Shown here: positions 1 through 8,661 of the stretch, piece after piece | How the letters are laid out: every line of letters begins with the position of its first letter | Position numbering within the stretch: position 1 is the stretch's first letter | Assembly: GCA_902461085.1 (NCBI GenBank) | Contig: CABPWH010000001.1 | Location: 10,520-74,519, forward strand | Length of the DNA: 64,000 nt | Direction of reading: 5' to 3' | From: an uncultured Collinsella sp. | GTDB taxonomy: Bacteria > Actinomycetota > Coriobacteriia > Coriobacteriales > Coriobacteriaceae | The notes under the pieces: model-generated | The model's input: the letters and a program-made list of their open reading frames with translations, nothing else | The model's database searches: none | Told to the model about the DNA's origin: nothing | Program-made: the position numbers and the translations under genes

Positions 1-392
1 CAATCTTGAGCTGCGTTCCCAGGGGGAGCGAGAGCAGGTTGATGCCCTGGGTTGTGAAGTTCTCGCCAAAGTCGCCCTCGTGCACATCGAGCCCGCGCGT
101 CTGCGCCGTCTGGATGGACTCTGCGGCCAAAAAGGAAACCTGACGGTGCCAATGCCCGGCGTGCGCATCGGAGGCGAGGCCAAACTGCTCGATGACGGTG
201 TCGTGCCCGTCGGCGACGGGTGACTTACGCGTGCCTTTGTGCTCCGACGTGTTGATTGAGACGATGCGGGCGGGCCCGTTGTAGGCGTCGTTTGCCGTGC
301 ACAGGGGAGCGGTCGCTTTCGCACGTTCCGCCAGCTCGCGCCTCGCGGCATTGAGGATGGGATTATCGGTCGGATGGTCTTGGGGCACGTGT
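1..392 (-). CDS. MOSC domain-containing protein, partial. The N-terminal part is in the window and the C-terminus runs past position 1. Start is probably a GTG near 389-392
   Basis: Reverse-strand translation gives ...NAARRELAERAKATAPLCTANDAYNGPARIVSINTSEHKGTRKSPVADGHDTVIEQFGLASDAHAGHWHRQVSFLAAESIQ..., which matches the MOSC/YiiM signature (ISxSxxKGTxK, GDxHAG, RQVSLL). No stop codon occurs before the window edge. Confidence 0.55.
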
Positions 393-622
393 GCGCCTTT
401 CGCTCGAAGATGTCAATACGCTGAATCCTACAACAACGGTAGGTTCATTGCCTATTGTCATACAACGGTGAGCGCCGTCTTCGTGCTGGCCTTCGTGCTG
501 GACGATTGCGTCGATTGCCATAGATACGGTGGAGCTTTGGGCGCCGGCGGCTTGGCACGCTAGAATAAATCAGTTGCGCAAAGACCGCCCGTTGTGTGGG
601 CAGTTCATGATAGGAAGTTTCC

Positions 623-1879
623 ATGGCATTGCAATTTACAGAGCGCGAGTTCATTCCCGTGCTGCTCGGTGGCGACATCAACGCCTATTCGGTGGCGCGC
701 GCCTTCTACGAGGAGTACCAGGTCAAGAGTCTGGTCTTTGGCAAGTATCAGACGGGTCCCGCGTACCGCAGCCAGATTATCGACTACACGCCCAACGTGG
801 ATATCGACACCATGCCCGTGATGCTCAAAACCGTCAACGGCATTGCCCAAGCGCATACCGATAAGACGATTGTCCTTGTGGGCTGTGGCGACAACTATGT
901 CGCTCTCGTGGCTCAAGCCAAGGATGCTCATGAGCTGGCGGATAACATCGTCGCTCCCTACGCGCCCTACAGCATGCTCGAGCAGTGCCAGAAGAAGGAG
1001 ATCTTCTACGAGCTGTGCGAGAAGCATGGCGTGCCCTATCCGCACACGTTTACCTTTACCAAGGCGATGCTCAATGCCCAGGGTGAGGCGCCTGCCGAAG
1101 TGCTCGACCAGATCGATTTTCCTTACCCGATGATTCTGAAGCCTTCTGACGGCATCATGTGGTGGCAGCATGAGTTCGAGGGCCAGAAGAAGGCCTATGA
1201 GATTGCCGACCGCGCCGAGCTGGAACAGGTCATTCGCGACTCGTATGCCAGCGGCTACACCGACGACCTGATCTTGCAGGATCGCGTGCCCGGCAACGAC
1301 GAGTACATGCGCGTGCTCACCAGCTATTCCGACCGCAACGGTAAGGTCCGCATGATGTGCCTGGGCCATGTGCTGCTCGAGGAGCATCAGCCCCACGGTG
1401 TCGGCAACCATGCCTGTATCATTACCGAGCCCAACGACGAGCTCATGGGCGGCGTGCGCAAGCTGCTCGAGGACCTTCACTTTGTGGGCTATTCCAACTT
1501 TGACGTTAAGTACGACGAGCGCGACGGCTCGTTTAAGTTCTTCGATTTCAACACGCGCCAGGGTCGCAGCAACTACTACGTTACCAACAGCGGCTTTAAC
1601 GTTGCCAAGTATGTGGTGGACGAGTATGTGTTCAACCGCCCGTTTGAGCCGGAGTTTGTGACGGCGCAGGACGAGGCCCTGTGGATGGTCGTCCCCATGG
1701 GCGTCGTCGACAAGTACGTCAAGGATCCCGAGCTGCGCGCTAAGGTGCATCGCCTGGACAAGGAAGGTAAGGGCGCCGACCCTTCGTTTATGAAGGGCGA
1801 CTTTGTCTTTAACCGCTGGCTGCGCATGTGGCACACCAAGCTGCGCCACTTTAAGCTGTTCAAGACGTATTACAAGTAG
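623..1879 (+). CDS. ATP-grasp carboxylate-amine ligase, candidate D-aspartate ligase (Aslfm-like) for the peptidoglycan side chain
   Basis: 418 aa with an RBS aggaag upstream. ATP-grasp fold features (KPSDG, E-x-N-x-R-like FDFNTRQGRS). Immediately followed by an aspartate racemase gene, as in the Enterococcus racemase/ligase pair. Confidence 0.7.
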   Translation: MALQFTEREFIPVLLGGDINAYSVARAFYEEYQVKSLVFGKYQTGPAYRSQIIDYTPNVDIDTMPVMLKTVNGIAQAHTDKTIVLVGCGDNYVALVAQAKDAHELADNIVAPYAPYSMLEQCQKKEIFYELCEKHGVPYPHTFTFTKAMLNAQGEAPAEVLDQIDFPYPMILKPSDGIMWWQHEFEGQKKAYEIADRAELEQVIRDSYASGYTDDLILQDRVPGNDEYMRVLTSYSDRNGKVRMMCLGHVLLEEHQPHGVGNHACIITEPNDELMGGVRKLLEDLHFVGYSNFDVKYDERDGSFKFFDFNTRQGRSNYYVTNSGFNVAKYVVDEYVFNRPFEPEFVTAQDEALWMVVPMGVVDKYVKDPELRAKVHRLDKEGKGADPSFMKGDFVFNRWLRMWHTKLRHFKLFKTYYK

Positions 1880-1963
1880 ATGAGTGCGGCGCCCGTCCGG
1901 TTTGCATCGGGCGGGCGCGGGTATGATACGCGCAATTGCGCAAGCGTCACCAAGGAGGCGGCG

Positions 1964-2710
1964 ATGGAAAAGCTGGGAGTTATCGGCGGCATGGGCGCCG
2001 AGGCCACGTCGTATTACTACGACCAGGTGGTGCGTCATACGGCTGCTGCCTGCGATCAGGAACATATCGACATGGTGGTGCTCTCCAAGTCGACCATGCC
2101 CGACCGCACGCTGGCCATTAAGACCGGCGAGCATGCCAAGCTGCTGGCGACCATGAAAGAGTGTGCCCGGGCACTCGAGTCGCTGGGCTGTGCGCACATT
2201 GCCATTCCCTGCAACACGTCGCACTACTTCTACGACCAGATCCAGTCGTTTACGAAGGTGCCGATTATCCACATGCCGCGTGAGTCGGTTCGTTATGCCC
2301 TTGCGGGTGCGGTGATGGGAGAGTGCGAGTTCGACCCCAACCTGAGTGTGCCGGCCGAGCCGGTGCATAAGATCGGCATCATGGGCACCGATGGCACCGT
2401 GGGCGCGGGCGTCTACGGCCGCGAATGTAAGGCTGCGGGTGTTGAGGTCGTCTATCCCAGCGAGAAACGTCAGAACGATGTGATGTCGCTTATCTACGAT
2501 GATGTGAAGGCCGGACGTGAGCCCGATATGGATAAGTTCGACCGCGTGATGTGGGAGTTCGCCCGTAGCGGCTGCGACCGCGTCATTCTGGCCTGCACCG
2601 AGCTCTCGGTGCTGCAGAAGTACCGAGAGATGCCCGAGATCACCCTCGACGCCATGGATGTCCTGGTGCGCGAATCCATCATCCGTAGCGGCGCCCCCTA
2701 CCGCCTCTAG
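1964..2710 (+). CDS. Aspartate racemase (Asp/Glu/hydantoin racemase family)
   Basis: Starts MEKLGVIGGMGAEATS with a strong RBS aaggagg. Carries the catalytic motifs GGMG..AT and PCNTSH. The longer ORF beginning at 1880 has no RBS. Confidence 0.8.
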   Translation: MEKLGVIGGMGAEATSYYYDQVVRHTAAACDQEHIDMVVLSKSTMPDRTLAIKTGEHAKLLATMKECARALESLGCAHIAIPCNTSHYFYDQIQSFTKVPIIHMPRESVRYALAGAVMGECEFDPNLSVPAEPVHKIGIMGTDGTVGAGVYGRECKAAGVEVVYPSEKRQNDVMSLIYDDVKAGREPDMDKFDRVMWEFARSGCDRVILACTELSVLQKYREMPEITLDAMDVLVRESIIRSGAPYRL

Positions 2711-2770
2711 CTTCCGACCTGTCAAAAAGGGACAGGTTAATTTTGGTAGGTTTTATCTGGTGAAACAGTA

Positions 2771-2808
2771 AGGCCTCGGCTCGTTTGGTGCGAGCCGAGG
2801 CCTTTTGC
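2771..2808. terminator. Bidirectional stem-loop between convergent genes (racemase and ecfT)
   Basis: ggcctcggctcg-tttggtg-cgagccgaggcc forms a perfect 12-bp stem and is followed by ttttg. Confidence 0.6.
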
Positions 2809-2834
2809 GTTGGGCGGTTGCTGTCAGTGGTGAA

Positions 2835-3614
2835 CTAGAACAGGAAGCCGATGGCGATGAGGGCGATGCTGACGATGAGCACGGCGATGTCTAGGCCCTT
2901 GATGGGGTAGCGCTTGTACGAGCTGGCGCGCGTACGCAGATAGAAGCCGCGCTGTTCTGCCGCCAAGGCTGTGGCATCGGTCTTGCCCACGCTCGAGATG
3001 AGCAGCGGCACGCACAGTGGCAGCATGAGCTTAAGCTTCTTGATGGGGTTCTTGGTGTCGTACTCGACGCCGCGTGCGGTCTGCGCCTCCATGATGGCGT
3101 TCATCTCTTGACCAAACACCGGCACGAAGCGCAGCGCCGTGGTAAAGGTGAAAGCATAGCGATACGGCACGTGCAGCACCTCGACGCAGGCGTTGGCAAG
3201 GTCGTTGAGCTTGGTCACCATGAGCATGAGGATGAGTGGTAATGCCACACCCAGCAGGCGCAGGCAGGCCTTCGATCCTGTGATGAGGCCCGTGTCGGTG
3301 ATAAAACCCCACACCACGTTGCCATCGCGCATAAAGGCCAGCTGGAGCACCAGCATGATAAGCGCGAGCGGAATCAGCAACTTGAGCAGTGAGAACAGAC
3401 GGTCGACGACGCCGGCATAGGCACCCAGCGCAAGGGTGAGTGCCAAAAAGCCCAGCAGCGCCACGTAGGCGTCGGACAAGAAGATGCCGACGATGATGGC
3501 GGCGGCGAGGCCCAGTTTGACGACGGGATTCAGGCGATGCAGCAGCGTATCGCCCGGCATGTAGTCGATGACGTTAACCACGGTGGACCATCTCCTTGGT
3601 AATTCGAACGACAT
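2835..3614 (-). CDS. ecfT: ECF transporter transmembrane (T) component EcfT
   Basis: 259 aa multi-pass membrane protein with the YxPGxSxLHxLNP-type N-terminus typical of EcfT/CbiQ. Overlaps the upstream ATPase gene by 41 nt. Confidence 0.85.
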   Translation of the reverse strand: MSFELPRRWSTVVNVIDYMPGDTLLHRLNPVVKLGLAAAIIVGIFLSDAYVALLGFLALTLALGAYAGVVDRLFSLLKLLIPLALIMLVLQLAFMRDGNVVWGFITDTGLITGSKACLRLLGVALPLILMLMVTKLNDLANACVEVLHVPYRYAFTFTTALRFVPVFGQEMNAIMEAQTARGVEYDTKNPIKKLKLMLPLCVPLLISSVGKTDATALAAEQRGFYLRTRASSYKRYPIKGLDIAVLIVSIALIAIGFLF

Positions 3615-5325
3615 CGGTGACCTCGCTCACCTGCGCAAAAGCGGGCGAGACGGAAGATACCAGACGGCGCGAGAGTTCAATAACCTGGGGAGGCTCCACG
3701 TAGGCACGCCGCATGAGATCGATGTTCGAGAATAACTCGTGCGTGCGGCCGCGGTCGAGGATGCGACCGTCGGCCATTACCACAATGCGCTCGGCAAAAT
3801 CCGAGACGACTTCCATATCGTGGCAGACCATGATAACGGCGCAACCGCGCTCGGCCATGGTGCGCACCGTTTCCATGACGGTCATGCACTCGCGGTAATC
3901 AAGGCCGCTCGTGGGCTCGTCGAGCACGACGATCTTGGGTTCAACCACCACGACGGAGGCAAGCGCCACCATTTGTCGCTGGCCGCGCGAAAGCGAGAAA
4001 GGCGCCTCATCGGCAGGCAGGCCAAAGCGGTCGATGACGAGTTGAGCACGACGCAGAGCCTCGGCACGGTCCATGCCGCCAAGCTCCAGGCCAAATGCGA
4101 CCTCGTCGAGCACAGTGTCCTTGCAGATCTGACGGTCAGGGTTTTGGAAGAGGGTTGCGACTTCGCGGGCGATGCGGCTCGTGGGAACGGCTGCGGTATC
4201 CAGTCCCGTGACGCGCACGCTGCCCGAGGCGGGCTTAAGCAGGCCTGTGAGCAGTTTGGTGAGCGTGGTCTTGCCGGCGCCGTTTTGGCCGACGATGCCC
4301 ACGAGCTCGCCGGGATAGAGCGTCAGGCTAAGGTCGTGTACGGCGGCGCCGCCATTGGGATAGGCAAACTCAACATGGTCGAAGGTGAGTACGGGTTCGG
4401 CGTCCTTGGCATGAGGGCGCAACGATGGTGCATGCGGGGAACCGGCGGGCGGCTGGGCTTTGGTAGACGCGGGTGCGGGGGCGTCGAGCAAAGAAATCAT
4501 GCGCTCGGCCTCATCGACATCCAAGCAGGGGGTACCGCTTACCAGGCCATCGGCCTCGAAGCTATTGAAGATACGCGTGACGCGAGGGCAGTCGACGCCG
4601 ATGGCACGGAGCTCGTCGGTATGCGCGAAGACCTCGTGTGGCTCGCCCTGCAGCGCGATTTCGCCATGGTTGAGCACGAGCACGCGGTTGCAGTACTCCG
4701 AGAGCAGGGCGACCTTTTGCTCGACGACGACGATGGTGATTCCAAGTGCGCGGTTTGCCTCACGCAGCGTCTCGAAGACCAACGTGGAGCTGGCGGGGTC
4801 GAGTGCCACGGTGGGCTCGTCGAGAACCAAGACGCGCGGACGCATGGCGAGGATGGCGGCGATGGCTACCTTTTGCTTCTGTCCGCCCGAGAGGGTGGCG
4901 ATCTCGCGGTCGTGCAGGTCGCTGATGCCGACGGTCTCGAGAGTTTCGCTCACGCGCTGCTCGATCTGGTCGTGGGGAACGCCAAAGTTCTCGAGGCCAA
5001 AGAGCATCTCGTCCTCGACGACCGAAGCGACCATCTGCGTGTCGATATCCTGCAGCACACTGCCGACGATTTGCGACACGTCGGTGAGCGAGACTTCGCA
5101 GGTGTCGTGGCCGTCGACCATGACGGACCCAAAGAACGTGCCGGTGTAGTGGTGGGGCACGGCACCTGACAGGCAGGCGGCAAGCGTGGACTTGCCGGCG
5201 CCCGAGGGCCCGATGATGCCGATGAAATCTCCCTTGTTCACGCTGAGCGAGATGTGGCTGAGCGCCTGCTCGGTCTGCGTGCCATAGGAGAACGAGACAT
5301 CGTCGACGTTGATGATCGTTTCCAT
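3574..5325 (-). CDS. ecfA: ECF transporter ATPase, fused EcfA1-EcfA2 (two ABC domains)
   Basis: 583 aa with two Walker A motifs (GPSGAGKST, GQNGAGKTT), two LSGGQ-like signatures (LSGGQKQ, LSRGQRQ) and two Walker B motifs (VLVLDEPT, IVVLDEPT). Confidence 0.9.
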   Translation of the reverse strand: METIINVDDVSFSYGTQTEQALSHISLSVNKGDFIGIIGPSGAGKSTLAACLSGAVPHHYTGTFFGSVMVDGHDTCEVSLTDVSQIVGSVLQDIDTQMVASVVEDEMLFGLENFGVPHDQIEQRVSETLETVGISDLHDREIATLSGGQKQKVAIAAILAMRPRVLVLDEPTVALDPASSTLVFETLREANRALGITIVVVEQKVALLSEYCNRVLVLNHGEIALQGEPHEVFAHTDELRAIGVDCPRVTRIFNSFEADGLVSGTPCLDVDEAERMISLLDAPAPASTKAQPPAGSPHAPSLRPHAKDAEPVLTFDHVEFAYPNGGAAVHDLSLTLYPGELVGIVGQNGAGKTTLTKLLTGLLKPASGSVRVTGLDTAAVPTSRIAREVATLFQNPDRQICKDTVLDEVAFGLELGGMDRAEALRRAQLVIDRFGLPADEAPFSLSRGQRQMVALASVVVVEPKIVVLDEPTSGLDYRECMTVMETVRTMAERGCAVIMVCHDMEVVSDFAERIVVMADGRILDRGRTHELFSNIDLMRRAYVEPPQVIELSRRLVSSVSPAFAQVSEVTDVVRITKEMVHRG

Positions 5326-5344
5326 GGATACCTTTCATAGTCAT

Positions 5345-5384
5345 TGGGGACGTTCTTACATGACCAGTCGTTTAAGAACGTCCC
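5345..5384 (-). other. Intercistronic stem-loop between the S-component and ATPase genes
   Basis: ggggacgttctta-N14-taagaacgtcccc forms a perfect 13-bp stem with no U-tract. It lies just upstream of the ecfA RBS. Confidence 0.5.
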
Positions 5385-5432
5385 CAAAAGCTAGTCGTTT
5401 GGGACAGTCTTTGCTGGTGGGGCAGCGATGAG

Positions 5433-6003
5433 TTAGTTGAGCTTCAGGGCCTTCTGGATGGGCAAGTAGAGGGCGCCGACCAGAATGGCGTTAAAGACGG
5501 CGGTCATGGCGACGACGGGCAGCATGGCGGCGGCGAGCTCGCCGACCACGCCGAGCATGGCCATCTTGATGATCATGAAGATGACGCCGGAGACAAAGGT
5601 GGTCAGGAAGGTTGCAACAATGGCGATGGCGGGCTTGACCTGACCGTTCTTGCCGGCGGCGTTGACGATGCCGGCCATGAGCATGGCGGCGATGCCCTCG
5701 GCGGCAAAATCGACGAAAGGCGAAGTGGTGGTGATCTGGATCACGGCAGCTGAGATGAGGCCAATGACGAGCGCCTGGCCGATGTTGGGGCGAACGACCA
5801 GGATGGTGAGGCAGAAGGCCGAGATGATGAACTCGGGGCTGATCATGCCGCCCGAGATGCCCGAGATGGCCTTGCCGACGGTGAAGTTGAGGATGAAGCC
5901 GGCGGCGAGCAGGATGGCGAGCAGGACGAGAGCACGGACGTCGAGTTTGCCGCGGTCGGCGGTCTGGACGGTGCGGGGCTGGGCGGTGGTGGTGTTCTGA
6001 GAC
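5433..6003 (-). CDS. ECF transporter substrate-specific (S) component; substrate unknown, tryptophan is a candidate given the WWW leader
   Basis: 190 aa from MSQNTTTAQPR..., small polytopic membrane protein, RBS aaagga. The listed 229-aa ORF runs upstream through the terminator and is an artefact. Confidence 0.75.
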
Positions 6004-6078
6004 ATGGTGAAAATCCTTTCGGAAGGGGAGTGCAAGAGAAAAGCGGAGGCGCGTGATGCGAATGCGATCGGGCTCGAG

Positions 6079-6110
6079 ATAGAAAAAAGGCCCCCGGTCG
6101 AAACCGGAGG
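6079..6110 (-). terminator. Intrinsic terminator / attenuator in the leader of the ECF operon
   Basis: Minus-strand RNA: ggccuccgg-uuucga-ccgggggcc (9-bp stem with one G-U pair) followed by uuuuuucu. Confidence 0.7.
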
Positions 6111-6148
6111 CCTTTCAATCACCTAGAGCGCAAAAACAGGCGTGAGGG

Positions 6149-6217
6149 ACTCACTGTCGACCGATCGTATTCGCATCACGCCACCACCAGTTGTTGAGAG
6201 AGTTCATCGTGTTCTTC
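6149..6217 (-). CDS. Leader peptide ORF, 22 aa, MKNTMNSLNNWWWRDANTIGRQ (three consecutive Trp codons)
   Basis: ATG preceded by a perfect RBS aaggag at a 7-nt spacer. The stop codon lies 38 nt upstream of the terminator stem. TGG TGG TGG at 6179-6187. Confidence 0.5.
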
Positions 6218-6261
6218 ATGTTGGTGGCTCCTTTCGTGATGCCGCGGCGCGGTCGCACCTA

Positions 6262-6300
6262 GTTGCTGTTGCGCTGCACTATAGCACAGCGAAGTGTGTG
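6262..6300 (-). promoter_or_regulatory. Candidate promoter of the leader/ECF operon (-10 tatagt)
   Basis: gctgtgctatagtgcagc on the minus strand, about 45 nt upstream of the leader ATG; the -35 element is weak. Confidence 0.3.
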
Positions 6301-6361
6301 CGGGGAAATCTTTTTTGAAAAGATTTCAGGCGGGTTTCCCGCCGGTCAAAAGAGCGGGCTG

Positions 6362-6398
6362 AGCGGGCGTGGTGACTCATGTGCCCCGCCCGCTCAGC
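6362..6398 (-). terminator. Stem-loop downstream of the C69 peptidase gene
   Basis: ctgagcgggcg ... cgcccgctcag gives 11-bp perfect arms directly after the stop codon at 6406. Confidence 0.5.
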
Positions 6399-6405
6399 TA
6401 AGACG

Positions 6406-8355
6406 TTACTCCTTATTGCGACGGTAGAGGAAGTAACCGCCCGCGGAGATGACGGCAACGCCAGCGATGGCGAATGCGGCCACCATGCGGCCATCAAAAC
6501 GATCGCCAGTGGTGGGCAGGCCGCCCTTGGTGTTCGTCTTGTTGGTGGTTACCGTGGTCGTGGTGTCCGACTTGCCAGGCTTCTCGGGCTTGGTGGTGGG
6601 CTGCTCGGGCTTAGCGGGCTGCTCGGGGGTACCGGGCTGCTCAGGAGTACCAGGCTGCTCGGGAGTGCCAGGCTGATCCGGGGTTACCGGGTCGGTGGCA
6701 AGAGCGTCCTTGGCGTAGGTGATGGACACCTTGAGGCCGTTGGTCTCGGTGTTCAGATCGCTCGGAGTGAAGGGCTGGTCGAAGTTTTCGGCCTTCTGAT
6801 AGGCGCGCATCTCCTGGAGCAGCGCCTTGCACTTCTTGTAGGTGTTCTCGGTAGCAGCCTTGCCGGCCTTGTTGGCCAGGGCAGTGCGGCCCTCGGTGGT
6901 CGTCTCGGCCAGCATGGCGGCGTCAACTTCCTTGTTCTGCTCGATAAGCTCGTTCTGGAGCGCATCGAGGTAGGCACGGACGCTGACACCAAGGGTGTCA
7001 GGGTTCTCGAAGCAGAGCGAGCTGATGTCCATGAGGACGTAGTTGATTGAGTTCTCGGGTTCCTCGTTGTACACGACGTCAGTCTGGTTGCAGTGATCGA
7101 AGGAGACGGTCTGATCGCTGAAGTACGGGCTGACCTCAGTTATCAGAGCGGAGTACAACGGGATGGCGACGGAGTACGCGGCGCGGGAGAGCATTTCCCA
7201 CTGGATGGTAGCGACTTCGGGGTCATACCCGCGACGAATCTGGAAGAGGTTGATCTCGGTGTTGCGCTCGCTGCCGATGCAATAAACACCATCAGTGTTC
7301 GCGTTGAGGCCAGGGACGTTCTCGCCGCGGTTGCCAAAGGCACGAATCAGCTCAAAGGTGCTCCAGCCAGACTTGCCAGGCCTGAAGAACAGGGGCTGGA
7401 TTTCGCTGACCATGGCTCCCTTTTGGTCAGGTTTTCCATCCTTCTTTACTGTGATAATGTCGTAATCTGTGCCTTCGGTCAGCTGACTACCAAAATAATC
7501 GCGGCCTTGCACATAGCGGGACCACTGGTTTACGCCGGAATCGGCGAGGCTTTCGCCATACGTTTGGGCGACATCGAATTTGCCGTCAGCGGAGTATTTG
7601 GCGAAGCCCTTCTCCACGGGCATGGACTCGATGCCCTCGGAGTGTAGGCAGTTCTCGGGGTCATCAAGGTCGACATCGTAGTTGAGGCTCCCGATATTAG
7701 GGTTGAGCGACGCGACGTCGTCAGCGAGCTTCATGGCGATCCACTGATGGGCGGAAAGTGTGGCGAACAGCCAGGTCTCGTTGTTGTCGGCGATGATGAT
7801 CTGGTCGTTGGTGCAGACGCCTTGATCATCGATCAGTCTGCCGAGAAGCTCGACGCCCTCGCGGGCCGTGGCGCTCTCGCCCAGGATGATGCTGCCGTAA
7901 CTGTACTCGCCCAGACCCACTTTCTCATCGATGTGGTCTGCTGCATCGGCCTCCTCGTTGTAGGAAGTGCTTAGCGTGGCAGAGCAGGAGACGCCCTTCT
8001 CGTTGATTCCGGCCTCGGAATAGGCGTCGGCGCGACCCATCCAGTTGGAGGGGTGGTCGCGTACATAGCTGTAACGATAGGTAGGCTTGTTCGAAGTGTA
8101 TTCAAAAGCAGATTCAATCGAGCTGTACTTAAAGCCAGGTTCGTGGGCAGGTTCGATGCCGTAGTGCTTAAGATAGCGCTTGCCAAAGTCCTCGGCGCGG
8201 CCGTAGTACGTATTGCCGTCGGCCGTATAGTTTTTGCCCATGTACATCTGCGTGCAGGCGAGCGCAGATGTCGGCATGGACATGATGGTTGCAGCTCCAA
8301 AGGCGAGGCCTATGCCTAGCTTCTTGAGCGCGTTGACGGGGTGAGTTTTCCTCAT
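6406..8355 (-). CDS. Secreted C69-family dipeptidase with a C-terminal LPXTG cell-wall sorting signal
   Basis: Signal peptide followed by ACTQMYMGKNY (C69 N-terminal Cys nucleophile). C-terminus has PEQPGT repeats, then LPTTGD, a hydrophobic stretch and YRRNKE. RBS gggagggaaa. Confidence 0.8.
   Translation of the reverse strand: MRKTHPVNALKKLGIGLAFGAATIMSMPTSALACTQMYMGKNYTADGNTYYGRAEDFGKRYLKHYGIEPAHEPGFKYSSIESAFEYTSNKPTYRYSYVRDHPSNWMGRADAYSEAGINEKGVSCSATLSTSYNEEADAADHIDEKVGLGEYSYGSIILGESATAREGVELLGRLIDDQGVCTNDQIIIADNNETWLFATLSAHQWIAMKLADDVASLNPNIGSLNYDVDLDDPENCLHSEGIESMPVEKGFAKYSADGKFDVAQTYGESLADSGVNQWSRYVQGRDYFGSQLTEGTDYDIITVKKDGKPDQKGAMVSEIQPLFFRPGKSGWSTFELIRAFGNRGENVPGLNANTDGVYCIGSERNTEINLFQIRRGYDPEVATIQWEMLSRAAYSVAIPLYSALITEVSPYFSDQTVSFDHCNQTDVVYNEEPENSINYVLMDISSLCFENPDTLGVSVRAYLDALQNELIEQNKEVDAAMLAETTTEGRTALANKAGKAATENTYKKCKALLQEMRAYQKAENFDQPFTPSDLNTETNGLKVSITYAKDALATDPVTPDQPGTPEQPGTPEQPGTPEQPAKPEQPTTKPEKPGKSDTTTTVTTNKTNTKGGLPTTGDRFDGRMVAAFAIAGVAVISAGGYFLYRRNKE
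6590..6680. repeat. Tandem 18-bp coding repeats (PGTPEQ x3-4) in the peptidase stalk
   Basis: ggtaccgggctgctcagg-like units are repeated. The antisense frame gives the artefactual GCSGVPG-repeat ORF 6449..6676. Confidence 0.6.
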
Positions 8356-8593
8356 TTTCCCTCCCAGCGTGCGAAAGCCCTCTGTCGCCAGAGGGCTTCA
8401 GCCAATAAAGACACCCCATTAGCGTAACGAACTGGAAACAATATTCATCTATGAAAGACACTTACTCGATAAGCGTGATGAAATATGCGACGAGCGGTTA
8501 ATTGTACTCAGTTTGTAGCTTTACTTTAATAAAGACGCCCTGTAATTACTGTAGCCGAATAAAGTAGCTGGGAATGCCTGAAATGAAAATCCC

Positions 8594-8628
8594 CTGCTGT
8601 TTGGCAAATGCATAAACAGCAGGGGAGA
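8594..8628 (-). terminator. Intrinsic terminator after the small membrane-peptide/DAGK operon
   Basis: cccctgctgttt-N11-aaacagcagggg (12-bp stem) followed by a T-rich tract on the minus strand. Confidence 0.55.
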
Positions 8629-8661
8629 CGATAATTGGATGAATATCATACCAATGTGGAA

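Noticed and set aside
605-2725. 706-aa minus-strand ORF spanning the ATP-grasp and racemase genes
   Set aside because: Antisense to two well-supported plus-strand genes. Composition is typical of GC3-driven shadow ORFs (H/A/L/G-rich) with no domain features.
3739-5169. 476-aa plus-strand ORF opposite ecfA; similar long antisense ORFs at 6379..7050, 10753..11685, 14085..15284, 15473..16660, 18195..19466, 42458..44221, 46265..48016, 57889..59526 and 61835..63061
   Set aside because: All lie opposite strongly supported genes with recognisable motifs. These are high-GC antisense artefacts.
5433-6122. Extended 229-aa version of the S-component ORF starting at 6122
   Set aside because: The extension begins inside the intrinsic terminator and lacks an RBS. 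The internal ATG at 6003 has an RBS and yields a typical roughly 190-aa S component.
6449-6676. ORF with GCSGVPG tandem repeats
   Set aside because: Antisense reading of the PEQPGT repeat region of the C69 peptidase.
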